64,000 nucleotides of DNA from the NCBI GenBank assembly GCA_965219575.1, contig OZ244779.1, positions 2,284,769-2,348,768 on the forward strand, read 5' to 3'. The stretch is from Candidatus Oxydemutatoraceae bacterium (GTDB lineage Bacteria; Pseudomonadota; Gammaproteobacteria; Poriferisulfidales; Oxydemutatoraceae). The stretch's first letter is position 1. Every line of letters begins with the position of its first letter. This document shows, one piece after another, positions 61,791 through 64,000 of the stretch. The notes under the pieces were generated by a model. It did no database searches. It saw only the letters and a list, made by a program, of their open reading frames with translations, and was not told the origin of the DNA. A program made the translations under genes and the position numbers.

Positions 61791-62702
61791 GTGGCGTCTT
61801 ATCCTCCTATTTATATCATCAGCTTGAAGCGTACTCCGGAAAGGAAGTTATCTATACAAAGACAGCTTGACGGCTTAAATCTAAACTATGAATTTGTAGA
61901 GGCGATTGATCAATACGATTTAAGTTGTAAGGCGGAGCGTACCATCATTGCCGATCAACTGGGTATCAACACAATCAAGATGAAATCCATGTATGATCGT
62001 CATAGTGACCATCTCGGAACCTTAGCCTGTTCGTTAAGCCATATTAAAGTCTATAATTTAATCATAGAAAATAATATCTCATATGCTTGTGTGTTAGAAG
62101 ATGATGCCTATCTATTGCCTGCTTTTTCTAAGATATTAATAGCTGCGCCGGAAATATCTTGGGAGGTTTTAATGCTTTCTAATCAATCAATTTATGTTCA
62201 TAAAATATTATGGACTTCCTACCGTGGTTTACTTAAATTAATACGCTATAAAAAATATTATCCTGAATTAATTCTCTCTATTGTTCCTATCATAGCCTTA
62301 AAACTCATGAAGCTTTTTATATTGAATTTTATACTGCGGCACAGGAGTAGATTCTCGAAACATAAATCCTTTAAAAAAAGACATTACTCGACATCTCTAG
62401 TATGGTATGTGGCATGTGAAATAGGGGCGTTACCTAATCAAGATAGACGTTCATGGCATAAAGTTGCTCCTAATCACTACATCACTACACCGACGCTAAA
62501 AAAAAATGCAACGTCGGGCATGGCTTATATGCTGACCCGATCGGCAGCAATTAAATGGAAACAGGAAATACTTTCTGATGAAACGCATGTTACAGATCTT
62601 GTGCCTCATCGGTTGTACAGAAAAAAAACCTTAAACCTGCATATTGTTACTCCACCCTGTGTTAAGGCTACATATCAGTTTTTATTAAATACCACTAATT
62701 GA
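61791..62702 (+). CDS. Glycosyltransferase family 25, copy B
   Basis: Colinear paralog of 58398..59315 with the same motifs; GTG start. Confidence 0.88.
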   Translation: MASYPPIYIISLKRTPERKLSIQRQLDGLNLNYEFVEAIDQYDLSCKAERTIIADQLGINTIKMKSMYDRHSDHLGTLACSLSHIKVYNLIIENNISYACVLEDDAYLLPAFSKILIAAPEISWEVLMLSNQSIYVHKILWTSYRGLLKLIRYKKYYPELILSIVPIIALKLMKLFILNFILRHRSRFSKHKSFKKRHYSTSLVWYVACEIGALPNQDRRSWHKVAPNHYITTPTLKKNATSGMAYMLTRSAAIKWKQEILSDETHVTDLVPHRLYRKKTLNLHIVTPPCVKATYQFLLNTTN

Positions 62703-62921
62703 GATTGTCGGACCGGAATTTGGTCTTCTTCTAAAAAGTAGACAAAACTACGTTTCTATGTTTTTTCCGGCATAAACCACCGTCGCTAAACACAAAGACT
62801 TTTCTCTGCCATTCCTCAGGATATATTAAACAACTTTTGACCTTCCCTCAAAAACATAACTTATGCCGAACCATAAATTCATTTGATAGAATAGACACCT
62901 TAATTATTCAAATTTAAGTTT

Positions 62922-63803
62922 ATGACACCTAAAACAGATACGATTCAGGGCATGCTGCTATGCTTGCAGCATTATTGGGCGGAGCAGGGTTGTGCGTTAC
63001 TACAGCCCTGCGATCTGCCCATGGGAGCGGGCACATTCCATCCGGCAACTTTTCTGCGGGTGTTGGGCACCGAATCTTGGCGGTGTGCCTATGTGCAACC
63101 GTGCCGACGTCCTGCAGACGGTCGTTACGGCGACAACCCTAATCGCTTGCAACATTATTATCAGTTTCAAGTGGTTCTAAAACCTTCACCGCACGCTATA
63201 CAGCAGTTGTATCTAGACTCTCTAAACGCACTGGGCATTGAAGTCGAGCGAGACGATGTGCGTTTTGTGGAGGATAATTGGGAGTCACCGACATTGGGGG
63301 CTTGGGGTCTGGGTTGGGAAGTTTGGCTCAATGGGATGGAGATCGGTCAATTCACTTACTTCCAACAAATGGGTGGGATAGAATGTGCGCCGGTTGCGGG
63401 CGAGATTACATACGGCATAGAGCGTCTTGCGATGAGCTTGCAACAAATAGATAATACTTTCGATTTGCTGTGGGCAAACTCCGATCACGCAAAGCTATAT
63501 TATCGTGATTTATTTTATCAAAACGAAAAGCAACAATCGGTTTACAATTTCGACGAGGCAAATGTATCTCAATTGAGGCATCAATTTGACGAAAGAGAGC
63601 AAGAGTGTTTACAGTTGATAGAAAAGGCGTTGGTGTTGCCCGCTTACGAGCAAGCCGTTATGGCCTCTCATTTTTTCAACCTACTCGACGCACGAGGGGC
63701 AATTTCGGTAACCGAAAGGCAACGTTATGTATTGAGAATCTGTAAGCTCACACATCAAATCGCTAAGCACATCGGCGACAACGAATCCCGGAATAAACGA
63801 TAA
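62922..63803 (+). CDS. glyQ: Glycyl-tRNA synthetase alpha subunit
   Basis: [46 protein letters not shown]. Confidence 0.98.
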   Translation: MTPKTDTIQGMLLCLQHYWAEQGCALLQPCDLPMGAGTFHPATFLRVLGTESWRCAYVQPCRRPADGRYGDNPNRLQHYYQFQVVLKPSPHAIQQLYLDSLNALGIEVERDDVRFVEDNWESPTLGAWGLGWEVWLNGMEIGQFTYFQQMGGIECAPVAGEITYGIERLAMSLQQIDNTFDLLWANSDHAKLYYRDLFYQNEKQQSVYNFDEANVSQLRHQFDEREQECLQLIEKALVLPAYEQAVMASHFFNLLDARGAISVTERQRYVLRICKLTHQIAKHIGDNESRNKR

Positions 63804-63843
63804 ACCGCTTAGCCGATATATAGCATTAAAGTCATTCGAGAAA

Positions 63844-64000
63844 ATGCAAAGACAGAATTTGCTCATAGAAATAGGCACCGAAGAACTGCCGCCCGACGGA
63901 TTATTCGAATTGGGCGAGGCTTTTGCGCAAACCCTTAAAAGGCTATGCGGTGATGCCGGTTTTGACAGCGAGCAGGCACATTCTTTTGCAACACCCCGCC
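63844..64000 (+). CDS. glyS: Glycyl-tRNA synthetase beta subunit, 5' part (truncated by window)
   Basis: MQRQNLLIEIGTEELPP...FATPR. Confidence 0.93.
   Translation, partial: MQRQNLLIEIGTEELPPDGLFELGEAFAQTLKRLCGDAGFDSEQAHSFATPR

Overview
Gammaproteobacterial chromosome segment with no rRNA, tRNA or CRISPR seen. The backbone is housekeeping genes: ispB, rph-rdgB-hemW, iscRSUA-hscBA-fdx, hflX/hflKC-hisZ-purA, lpxC-secA-argJ-mutT, waaA/kdkA/tolC, thiC, nadA, selD/mnmH and glyQS. AT-rich accessory cassettes interrupt it: a decayed XbaI-like RM pair, a ParB-N plus adenine-MTase pair bounded by direct repeats, a type I RM with a two-gene insert, a DdeI-like RM, an MNIO (DUF692) cluster with no precursor, and a duplicated GT25 gene. 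Many intergenic gaps hold mosaics of four short modules that insert into one another's loops: a GTAG REP hairpin (R1), a CCCCGTCAGGC/CCCCTCC double hairpin (R2), a GCCGATTGA hairpin (R3) and a GGGCTGTTGAAAAA-ended MITE. The strongest result is an IS110 element inserted in the loop of an R1 REP. Its non-coding end contains a readable bridge RNA whose four guide segments match the REP target and the element's own circle junction (core CA), and a sigma70-like promoter forms only on circularisation. Family names come from recalled motifs, not database searches.
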